DNA of 64,000 nucleotides from Methanothrix sp. (GTDB lineage: Archaea; Halobacteriota; Methanosarcinia; Methanotrichales; Methanotrichaceae). The stretch is taken from assembly GCA_040770465.1 (NCBI GenBank), contig JAXGJB010000006.1, positions 1 through 64,000 of the forward strand, in the 5' to 3' direction. The translations under genes and the position numbers were made by a program. The notes under the pieces are model-generated. The model saw only the letters and a program-made list of their open reading frames with translations. It was not told where the DNA came from and did not search any database. Shown here in pieces: positions 56,210-64,000 of the stretch (the stretch's first letter is position 1; every line of letters starts with the position of its first letter).

Positions 56210-58948
56210 GTGGTCGATGACGAAAAAAGATGGCATTCTCTCAGCGTCGAAGAGGCGTTTGACGTCCTGAAATCGAGTCCGAGGGGCCTTGCCACCTCGG
56301 AGGCCGAAAAGAGGCTGGAAGAGTACGGCCCAAACGAGCTTCAAGAAGAGGAGGGGACGGGCAGGCTCGCCCTTTTGGCAGAGCAGGTCAAAAACCCCCT
56401 CATCGCCGTTTTGGCCCTGGCGGCGATCATATCCCTCCTGGCGGGCAAGACGATAGACGCCGTCGTCATCGTCGGCGTGATCAGCATAAATACCATCCTC
56501 GGCTTTTATAAGGAGTACAAGGCAGAGGAGGCGATCCTCGCCCTCCAGTCCCAGGCCTCCCCCGAGGCGAGGGCCCTCCGGGACTCTTCTGATTCCGGCC
56601 CGCGGAAGGAGACGCGGATCAAAGCGAGGGAGCTCGTCCCCGGCGACGTCATCCTCCTGGAGGCGGGGTCCCGGGTTCCCGCCGACGCCCGGACCATCGA
56701 GGCCGCAAACCTGGAGGCGGACGAGTCGATGCTCACCGGCGAGTCCGTCCCCTCGAGGAAGAGGGCCGAGCCCCTCGCAGGAGACCTCCCCATCGGCGAC
56801 CGGGATAACATCCTCTTCGCCGGGACGATCATCACCCAGGGGAGGGCGAAAGCCCTCGTCTTCTCGACGGGGATGGCCACCGAGATGGGGAAGATCGCCG
56901 GGATGATCACAAAGACCGGAAAGACCGCCACGCCCCTCAAAGGGCGGACCCTGGACCTGAGCAAGAAGCTGATGATCCTCGCCTTCGTCGCCAGCAGCGT
57001 AACCCTGGCGGCGGGGCTCCTGAGGGGCTTTGAGTTCGTCGAGCTCGCCCTCTTCACCCTGGCGATGGCGGTCTCGGCGATCCCCGAGGGTCTCCCGGCG
57101 GTGATAACCGTCACCCTGGCGGTGGGCGTCAGCCGGATGGCGAAGAGGAACGCCATCATCCGGAAGCTCGACGCAGTCGAGGCCCTCGGCTCCGTCACCG
57201 CCATCTGCACCGACAAAACCGGGACCCTCACCACCAACCAGATGACCGTCCAGAAGATCTTCCTGGGGAGGGGGATGGTGGACGTCTCCGGCGCCGGCTT
57301 CCGCCCCCAGGGGGAGTTTGAGATGGACGGCGCCCGGATCGACGCCGCCAGGGACCCGGACCTCTCGAGTCTCCTCCAGATCGCCGCCCTCTGCAACGAC
57401 TCAGTTCTCAAGGCCTCGGAGGAGGGGGACGGCGAGAGGTGGGAGGTCCTCGGCGACCCCACCGAAGGCGCTCTGGTGGTGGCGGCGGCCAAGGCCGGCC
57501 TGGACCGGGATCGGCTGGCAGAAGATCGTCCCAGGATCGGCGAGATCCCCTTCGACTCCAGCAAAAAGTACATGGCCACCATCCACCGGACCCCGGAAGG
57601 GCGGGCGGTCGCCTACCTCAAGGGCGCCCCCGAGGTGATCCTGGGCTTCTCCTCCGATATCCTCGTCGACGGCCAGGTCGAGAAGCTGGACCAGAACCGG
57701 AAGGAGGACCTCCTCAGGGCGAGCGGCGGCATGGCCGAGGGGGCTCTGAGGGTCCTGGCCATGGCCTATCGAGAGCTGGACGAGGCCGAGATCGGATCCT
57801 TCAAGGATGCGGGCCCGAAAGATCTAGTCTTCGCCGGCTTCTCCGGGATGATAGACCCCCCCAGGCCCGAGGCGATAACCTCCATCGCCCTCTGCCAACG
57901 GGCCGGGATCAGGGTTATGATGGCCACCGGCGACCACAGGGTCACCGCCGAGGCGATCGCAAAGGAGATCGGGATCGCCTCGGAGGGGTCGAAGACCCTC
58001 GCAGGCTCCGACCTCGACGATATGGACGACGAAGCCCTCGCTGAGGTGATAGAGGAGGTCGCCGTCTTCGCCCGGGTCTCTCCCGAGGACAAGTACAGGA
58101 TCGTGGAGGCCCTGAGGAGGCGGGGTCACATCGTCGCCATGACCGGCGACGGGGCGAACGACGCTCCCGCCCTGAAGTTGGCGGAGGTGGGGATAGCCAT
58201 GGGGATCGCAGGAACCGACGTCACCAAGGAGACGGCCGACATGATCCTCACCGACGACAACTTCAGGAGCATCGTCAGCGCCGTCGAGGAGGGGAGGGTG
58301 ATCTTCGAAAACATCCGGAAGGTGGTCAAGTACCTCATCAGCACCAACGCCGGTGAGATCCTGACAATCCTCACCGCCATCACCATCCTGATGATCAACA
58401 CCCTCATCTTCACCCCGGTCCAGATCCTCTGGGTGAACCTGGTCACCGACGGCCTTTTGGGGGTAACCCTAGCCATGGAGCCGAAGGAGAAGAAGATCAT
58501 GGATCAGCCCCCGAGGCGTCCCGGCGAGAAGATCATCAACCGGGAGATCCTCATGAACGTCATCTTCGTGGCGATCTTCATGGCCGCAGGAACCCTCTTC
58601 GTATTCACCAGGCAATGGAACGGCGGCGAGATCTTGAGGGCCCAGACGATGGGGTTCACCACCATGGCCATGTTCCAGGTCTTCAACGCCCTCAACTGCA
58701 GGTCCAGGACCGAGTCCATATTCACTCTGGGTCTCCTCTCGAATAAGCATCTGATCGGGGCGATAGCGGTCTCCTTAACTCTCCAGATGCTGGTGACCGT
58801 CGTCCCAGCCTTCCAGTTGGCCCTTGGGACCGTCGCCCTAACTCTAGTCGACTGGGCGACGATCTTCGCCGTAGCCAGCACCGTCCTCTTCGGGGACGAG
58901 GTGAGGAAGCTGGTCGGCAGGAGAAGGGCAAAAAGCCCCTCCATCTGA
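56210..58948 (+). CDS. P-type cation-transporting ATPase (type IIA, Ca2+-like)
   Basis: LTGES, AIPEGLP, DKTGTLT, KGAPE, DPPR, TGD, GDGANDAP, QILWVNLVTD. Confidence 0.95.
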   Translation: MVDDEKRWHSLSVEEAFDVLKSSPRGLATSEAEKRLEEYGPNELQEEEGTGRLALLAEQVKNPLIAVLALAAIISLLAGKTIDAVVIVGVISINTILGFYKEYKAEEAILALQSQASPEARALRDSSDSGPRKETRIKARELVPGDVILLEAGSRVPADARTIEAANLEADESMLTGESVPSRKRAEPLAGDLPIGDRDNILFAGTIITQGRAKALVFSTGMATEMGKIAGMITKTGKTATPLKGRTLDLSKKLMILAFVASSVTLAAGLLRGFEFVELALFTLAMAVSAIPEGLPAVITVTLAVGVSRMAKRNAIIRKLDAVEALGSVTAICTDKTGTLTTNQMTVQKIFLGRGMVDVSGAGFRPQGEFEMDGARIDAARDPDLSSLLQIAALCNDSVLKASEEGDGERWEVLGDPTEGALVVAAAKAGLDRDRLAEDRPRIGEIPFDSSKKYMATIHRTPEGRAVAYLKGAPEVILGFSSDILVDGQVEKLDQNRKEDLLRASGGMAEGALRVLAMAYRELDEAEIGSFKDAGPKDLVFAGFSGMIDPPRPEAITSIALCQRAGIRVMMATGDHRVTAEAIAKEIGIASEGSKTLAGSDLDDMDDEALAEVIEEVAVFARVSPEDKYRIVEALRRRGHIVAMTGDGANDAPALKLAEVGIAMGIAGTDVTKETADMILTDDNFRSIVSAVEEGRVIFENIRKVVKYLISTNAGEILTILTAITILMINTLIFTPVQILWVNLVTDGLLGVTLAMEPKEKKIMDQPPRRPGEKIINREILMNVIFVAIFMAAGTLFVFTRQWNGGEILRAQTMGFTTMAMFQVFNALNCRSRTESIFTLGLLSNKHLIGAIAVSLTLQMLVTVVPAFQLALGTVALTLVDWATIFAVASTVLFGDEVRKLVGRRRAKSPSI

Positions 58949-59173
58949 ACGACGGCCCGGACGGCATTCGCCTCCGGGACCCCACCCCGGGGGCGATATG
59001 AAACCCCTCATCTCCGATCGATCCGAAAGTCTGCGGTAGCGATCGTCGAATTTCGCATGGCGATCGCTCCATGAGATATGAGAATATCAAAAAAGATTTT
59101 TCCAGATCGGTGCGGTTCATAGGGCTATCTATTTATCCCCACCTCGCCCAAGCTTCATCGAGAGGGAGGGACT

Positions 59174-60154
59174 TTGACGGAAGATGACATCTTCAAGGAC
59201 CTGGGAATAAGGCCCTTTCGGAGGCTGAACAAAAGCGGGAGGCCCGCGCCGCATCTCTCCCTGCGGTTCGACTCCCACCTCTTCTCGATAGACACCAGCC
59301 GCTCGCCGAAAAGCTCCCTCCAGCCCGACGCCTACCTCATAACCCACGCCCACAGCGACCACTACGGCAAATCGGCGATGCTCTCGCCCGACGCCATCGC
59401 GTCGCGGGAGACGGCCCGGGCCCTGGAGATCAGACACGATCGAAGGTACGAGGGTCGAACCTTCTCAGTCGGCGGGAGCATCGTCGTCGACGAGCTGGAG
59501 ATCAAAACCTACTCCACCGGCCACACCATCGGCTCCGTCGCCTTCGGCTGGGAGACCGAGGTGGGAACCAGGGTCCTCGTCACCGGGGACGTCAAAAACT
59601 ACGAGAACCTCCCCAAATGCGATCTGCTGGTGACCGAGGCGAACTACGGCGACCCCTGGGACCCAGCCTGCAGGTTCGAGGACGACATCGTCGGCTTCGG
59701 CGACGCCGTCGAGGCTGGCGCCACCTTCGGTGCCTACGCCTTCGGCAAGGCCCAGCGGGCGGTATCTCTTATTCGGGCGCTGGGATGCAAGGAGGAGATC
59801 GGGATGGATGAGAAGAGCCTCGCCCTCACCAGGGAGCTTTTGCCCGGCTTCGGCCCTTTTACCCCTGTGGAGGAGAACGGGACCGAGATCAACGTCGTCA
59901 CCCCCTGGGAGCTGGCCGGCATGAGGTCGAAGAGAAAGTACGTCCTCACCGGGAGGAGCGACCTCCCCTTCACCCAGATCCGGATCAGCGACCACCTCGA
60001 CTTCAAGGGGTTGATGAGGATGGTGGAGAGGATCTCCCCCGAAGCCGCCCTGATATACCACCCCGAGGGAAAGAGGGCGAACATGATGGCCCACCACCTC
60101 CGGGAGCTGGGGATGTCCTCGATCTCCGTCAGCGAAGTCGAGGACTCTTTTTAG
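59174..60154 (+). CDS. MBL-fold metallo-hydrolase (beta-CASP-like nuclease)
   Basis: THAHSDH, GHTIGS, TGDVK, EANYGDP, AYAFGKAQR, SDH. Confidence 0.85.
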   Translation: MTEDDIFKDLGIRPFRRLNKSGRPAPHLSLRFDSHLFSIDTSRSPKSSLQPDAYLITHAHSDHYGKSAMLSPDAIASRETARALEIRHDRRYEGRTFSVGGSIVVDELEIKTYSTGHTIGSVAFGWETEVGTRVLVTGDVKNYENLPKCDLLVTEANYGDPWDPACRFEDDIVGFGDAVEAGATFGAYAFGKAQRAVSLIRALGCKEEIGMDEKSLALTRELLPGFGPFTPVEENGTEINVVTPWELAGMRSKRKYVLTGRSDLPFTQIRISDHLDFKGLMRMVERISPEAALIYHPEGKRANMMAHHLRELGMSSISVSEVEDSF

Positions 60155-60232
60155 AGCCGATTTTTGAGATTTGAGAGAGATGTTCCAGAGAAGCTTCTGA
60201 GACAGAGACGGTTCAGAGACGTTTCAGTCAGG

Positions 60233-61495
60233 TCAGAGATAGTACGCCAGAAGCGGCACCATCAGGACCCCCATGGCGTGGGTCTTTCTGACCCCTGCAA
60301 AGGGGGCCACGAGGCCCAGGACCGTCGATACAAAATAGAGGAAGAGGCCGAAGGGGCCAGTGAAACAGAAGGTCATCGCCGTCAGGAAGGCCAGGACGGC
60401 TATGCAAATAATCCTGTAGTTCAGACGCCTCACCACCTTCGCCGCCATCCTCCCCGCCGCGAGGGTGGCGAAGTAGGAGAGGATGGAGACCGATAGGACG
60501 ATGGTCACCATGACCAGGAGAAGGCGTCCGTCCAGGTCCACCAGCTCCTCGATGGCGACGGCGGCGCCGGACCGGGGCCTTCCGACGACGAGGAGGGCCA
60601 CCAAAGTGAATAGAGAGTTGGCGGTGTTCACCCCGGAGACGCTGACGAGAAACTCCCGGTTCGACCCCTCCGACCCGAGCCTTGAGGCGACGGTGGCCAC
60701 CGCCGGGGTCACCCCTGGAACCCAGGCAACCACCGACCCCGCAAGCCCTCCAAGGAAGGCGGACCTGGCGATGGCCCAGGTCGAGAGGTCAAACTCCGTC
60801 TCCCTCTGCTCTGGAACCTCGGCCTTGGAGGCGAGGCTCAAGAGGAGCATCGAGGCGCCGAAAAGACCGCCGAGGAGGGGCAGGAGAACCTCGGGCTGAA
60901 ATCCCAGGGGCGAACGTGCGATATCCTGATGTCCGAAGGCAAATATCCCGAGATAACCGGTCGAGAGGAAGAGGACGAGGGCGAAGAGCTTGTACTTGAT
61001 GTGCACAAGCGACCCCTGCCCCTCGATCATCCGGCCCCGCTCCGTCAGGATCATGAGGGCCGCAATCGAGAGGATGACGAGGCCTACATGCTCCATGAAC
61101 GGGGCGTAGAACCTGCCGAACAGGAGCGATAAGGGAACGATCAAAATCAGAGCCACCAGGACCGAGGAGGCGCTCCCCAAGGCCGAGAGGCGGACCGCCT
61201 CAACCCCCCGCCCGTCGAGCATCATCTCGTGGCCCGGGAGTACGGCGAGGGCGGTGTCGGCGTCGGGAGCGCCAATGAATATCGACGGCACTATGTCGAG
61301 GAAGGTGTGGGCGACGCTCGCCGCCAGGATCGCCGCCGCGAGATCGAAGGGATCAAGCCCGAGATCCAGAAAGGCGGGGGATAGGGCTAGCAGCAGAGCC
61401 GCAAAGTTGTTGGTGTGAAGTCCTGGCGTAAGGCCGCTGCATATTCCGAGAAGAAAGCCTCCTGCCACCGATATTCCCAGTGCTATATCTGCCAT
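60233..61495 (-). CDS. TctA/DUF112 family membrane protein
   Basis: SGLTPGLHTN, FLDIVPSIFIGAPD...VLPGH. Confidence 0.85.
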   Translation of the reverse strand: MADIALGISVAGGFLLGICSGLTPGLHTNNFAALLLALSPAFLDLGLDPFDLAAAILAASVAHTFLDIVPSIFIGAPDADTALAVLPGHEMMLDGRGVEAVRLSALGSASSVLVALILIVPLSLLFGRFYAPFMEHVGLVILSIAALMILTERGRMIEGQGSLVHIKYKLFALVLFLSTGYLGIFAFGHQDIARSPLGFQPEVLLPLLGGLFGASMLLLSLASKAEVPEQRETEFDLSTWAIARSAFLGGLAGSVVAWVPGVTPAVATVASRLGSEGSNREFLVSVSGVNTANSLFTLVALLVVGRPRSGAAVAIEELVDLDGRLLLVMVTIVLSVSILSYFATLAAGRMAAKVVRRLNYRIICIAVLAFLTAMTFCFTGPFGLFLYFVSTVLGLVAPFAGVRKTHAMGVLMVPLLAYYL

Positions 61496-61734
61496 TATCT
61501 GGATAAGTTATCACCGAAGTAAGATAAAAAATTTACTCTATTATCGCTGATACTGTCGCAGCGCCGGGATCGACGGCCCGGCTTGGCGCTCCAGGACGTG
61601 AAAACCCTTAAATACTCTTAATCAGGTGGTTGTAGAGATCCGCAGAGGGAGCACAAGCGCCCCCTCTCTGGCGCATGGACCTAAGAGTCTGAACGCGCTA
61701 TTGTGCGCGTGAGTCGGCCTCAGGAAAGGAGGCT

Positions 61735-62112
61735 ATGCGGAGGATTAAGATGAAGAAGGTCAAGAAGACAAACCCGAGATTGGTCGCTCTGATCGACGAT
61801 CTCAAGGCCGCCACCCGGAATGACGGGGCGGCGATCTGGCGGGACGTCGCCTGCAGGCTGGAGAAGTCCAGGCGAAAATACGCCGCCGTTAACGTCAGCA
61901 AGATAAACAGGCACACCGCCCCCGACGACCTGGTCCTCGTCACCGGGAAGGTTCTGGGGTCGGGAGATCTTGATCACAAGGTGACCGTTGCCGCCCTCCA
62001 TTTCAGCGAACAGGCCGCATCGAAGATAAAGTCGGCCGGTGGCGAGTGTCTCAAGATAGAAGAGCTGGTCGAAAAGCATCCGAAGGGTTCCGGCATAATT
62101 ATTTTAAGGTGA
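61735..62112 (+). CDS. rpl18e: 50S ribosomal protein L18e
   Basis: [21 protein letters not shown]. Confidence 0.95.
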   Translation: MRRIKMKKVKKTNPRLVALIDDLKAATRNDGAAIWRDVACRLEKSRRKYAAVNVSKINRHTAPDDLVLVTGKVLGSGDLDHKVTVAALHFSEQAASKIKSAGGECLKIEELVEKHPKGSGIIILR

Positions 62113-62116
62113 TCTG

Positions 62117-62533
62117 ATGATTATCGACGCATCTGGAATGATCCTGGGACGCCTGTCCAGCCTCGCCGCTTCAAAGCTCCTCGCAGGGGAGGAGATATCA
62201 ATAGTCAACGCCGAGAAGGCCATAATCTCAGGTCGAAGAGAGAGCATCTACCGCGAGTACGAGGAGATGAAGAACAAGGGCTCCACCGAGAAAGGCCCCC
62301 ACTATCCCAAGAGGCCCGAGCGGATCATGAAGAGGACGGTCCGCGGTATGCTCCCCCACAAGACGAAGCGGGGTCGCGAAGCCATGTCCAGGCTCAAGAT
62401 ATACGTGGGCGTCCCATCGGAGTTCGAGGGGATGAAGATCGAGCGGCCAGAATCGGCGAAGATGACCCGCCTTGGTACCGCCAAATACGTAGAACTCGGC
62501 GACGTAAGCCGAAAGTTCGGATCAAAATTCTGA
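62117..62533 (+). CDS. rpl13: 50S ribosomal protein L13
   Basis: IIDASGMILGRLSS, RTVRGMLPHK. Confidence 0.96.
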   Translation: MIIDASGMILGRLSSLAASKLLAGEEISIVNAEKAIISGRRESIYREYEEMKNKGSTEKGPHYPKRPERIMKRTVRGMLPHKTKRGREAMSRLKIYVGVPSEFEGMKIERPESAKMTRLGTAKYVELGDVSRKFGSKF

Positions 62534-62542
62534 GGGGTCAGC

Positions 62543-62941
62543 ATGAAGATAACCAACTCGTCAGGTAAAAACAGAACGGCGATCGCCAGGGCCAGCTTGA
62601 CCGAAGGGAAGGGCAGGGTCAGGATCAACAGCAAACCCCTGGAGATCTATGAGCCCGTCCTCGTTCGGCAGAAGATCATGGAAGCCTTGATGATAGCCCA
62701 GGATAAGGCCTCGGCGCTCGATATAGACGTCAAAGTTCGCGGAGGCGGGTTCATGGGTCAGGCAGCCGCCGTCAGGACCGCCATCGCCCGCGGAATCGTG
62801 GAGTGGACCGGGGACACGGCCCTCAAAGAGGCGTACATGGAGTACGATCGATCGCTCCTGGTCAACGACCACCGGCAGAAGGAGCGGAAGAAGGTCGGCG
62901 GTCCCGGTGCGAGAGCCAAGTATCAGAAGTCTTATAGGTGA
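62543..62941 (+). CDS. rps9: 30S ribosomal protein S9
   Basis: [19 protein letters not shown]. Confidence 0.97.
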   Translation: MKITNSSGKNRTAIARASLTEGKGRVRINSKPLEIYEPVLVRQKIMEALMIAQDKASALDIDVKVRGGGFMGQAAAVRTAIARGIVEWTGDTALKEAYMEYDRSLLVNDHRQKERKKVGGPGARAKYQKSYR

Positions 62942-62947
62942 ATTCGC

Positions 62948-63133
62948 GTGATCCCTGTGCGATGTTTCACTTGCGGAAACGTCATTTCTGATGTATGGGA
63001 GGAGTACAAGGAGCGCACCAAGTCAGAGCCACCGGGTAAGGTGATGGACGATCTGGGAGTAGAGAACTACTGCTGTCGTCGCATGCTCCTGACCCACGTG
63101 GAGATCGTTGACGTGCTTCGGCGGTATCAGTAA
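62948..63133 (+). CDS. rpoN: DNA-directed RNA polymerase subunit N (Rpo10)
   Basis: IPVRCFTCG ... [10 protein letters not shown]. Confidence 0.96.
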   Translation: MIPVRCFTCGNVISDVWEEYKERTKSEPPGKVMDDLGVENYCCRRMLLTHVEIVDVLRRYQ

Positions 63134-63140
63134 AAGGCGT

Positions 63141-63218
63141 GGGGTTGTGGGGTAGCCTGGTCCATCCCTCGGCGTTCGGGACGCCGTAACCTGAGTTCGA
63201 ATCTCAGCAACCCCACCA
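63141..63218 (+). tRNA. tRNA-Pro(CGG)
   Basis: GGGGTTG/CAACCCC acceptor stem, CGGCG-TT CGG GA-CGCCG anticodon arm, encoded CCA. Confidence 0.95.
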
Positions 63219-63243
63219 CTTGCCTTTCTTTTGAGGTGGCCAC

Positions 63244-63441
63244 TTGACGGATTCGATGGATGAAAAATATACGCGGTATGAACGCGCACGGATAGTGGGG
63301 GCTCGAGCTCTACAGATTCTGATGGGCGCCCCGGTATTGATCAAGACCGAGTCCATAGACCCCCTCGAAATCGCTCTTGAAGAGATGAGATTGGGATTTG
63401 TTCCCATCACCGTTAAACGGGATCGTAGAACCTCTAGGTAG
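63244..63441 (+). CDS. rpoK: DNA-directed RNA polymerase subunit K (Rpo6)
   Basis: [17 protein letters not shown]. Confidence 0.95.
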   Translation: MTDSMDEKYTRYERARIVGARALQILMGAPVLIKTESIDPLEIALEEMRLGFVPITVKRDRRTSR

Positions 63442-63450
63442 GTGACATTT

Positions 63451-64000
63451 TTGGATGATGAAGTGATAACTCCAGCTGAAGATTATGAGACGCTTATCCC
63501 CATAGATGAGTATCTAGCGGCGGGCATACACATAGGCACTCAGCAGAAGACGAAGAGCATGATGGACTACATATACAGGGTCAGAACCGACGGCCTCTAC
63601 GTCCTCGACGTCCAGTCGACGGACAAGAGGATCAGGCTTGCGGCCAAGTTCCTATCCAAGTACGACCCCTCCAAGATCCTGGTGGTCTCGGCGAGGCAGT
63701 ACGGCCAGCGCCCAGCCACCATGTTCTCCAAGTCGGTCGGCGCCAAGGCGATCGTCGGCAGGTTCATACCCAACACCCTGACCAACCCCACCTTCTACGA
63801 CTACGTCGAGCCCGACGTGGTGGTGGTGACAGACCCCAGCGGCGACAGCCAGGCGATCAACGAGGCGATCGACGTGGGGATCCCGGTGGTGGCCCTCTGC
63901 GACACCAACAACCTGACCTCCAACGTAGATCTGGTGATACCCACCAACAACAAAGGTCGAAAGGCCCTGACCCTCATATACTGGCTCCTGGCCAAAGAGG
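63451..64000 (+). CDS. rps2: 30S ribosomal protein S2, truncated by window edge
   Basis: Manual translation from TTG 63451 gives ...[13 protein letters not shown]...[10 protein letters not shown]...[11 protein letters not shown]...[10 protein letters not shown]. Confidence 0.95.
   Translation, partial: MDDEVITPAEDYETLIPIDEYLAAGIHIGTQQKTKSMMDYIYRVRTDGLYVLDVQSTDKRIRLAAKFLSKYDPSKILVVSARQYGQRPATMFSKSVGAKAIVGRFIPNTLTNPTFYDYVEPDVVVVTDPSGDSQAINEAIDVGIPVVALCDTNNLTSNVDLVIPTNNKGRKALTLIYWLLAKE

Overview
This 64-kb window is archaeal and GC-rich. Gene content (rpl18e-rpl13-rps9-rpoN-tRNA-Pro-rpoK-rps2, SRP19, short NifB, DUF5350, DUF11 remnant) suggests a Methanosarcinales/Methanothrix-like methanogen; that assignment is inference. 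Housekeeping blocks include cooS-cooF CO dehydrogenase, argC-CBS-argJ-argH, thiI, three tRNAs, hflX, a P-type ATPase and a ribosomal/RNAP operon. Four accessory regions stand out. (1) A lower-GC 1411-aa secreted protein combines Ca-binding TSP3-like repeats, an anthrax protective antigen/binary-toxin-B-like pore domain (HPLVAAYP motif) and ricin-B lectin repeats, flanked by gene remnants. (2) A ~13-kb arsenic cluster (acr3, arsM, arsP, three ArsR-type regulators, MTH895/ArsE-like thioredoxin) is interleaved with sulfur-relay and extracytoplasmic redox genes: DsrE/F/H, two secreted non-canonical rhodaneses, two secreted thioredoxin-like proteins and a redoxin-CcdA fusion. It is built on a duplicated module that carries a 47-aa Cys-rich microprotein (absent from the ORF track) behind a conserved ArsR-type operator. 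(3) A ~470-nt leader of repeated AATGAAGGGGGG hairpin units precedes a winged-helix gene. (4) A defence islet holds VapBC, an RHH protein plus a possible toxin remnant, and McrBC with an EVE-like domain. All family assignments come from motif recognition by eye; no searches were run.
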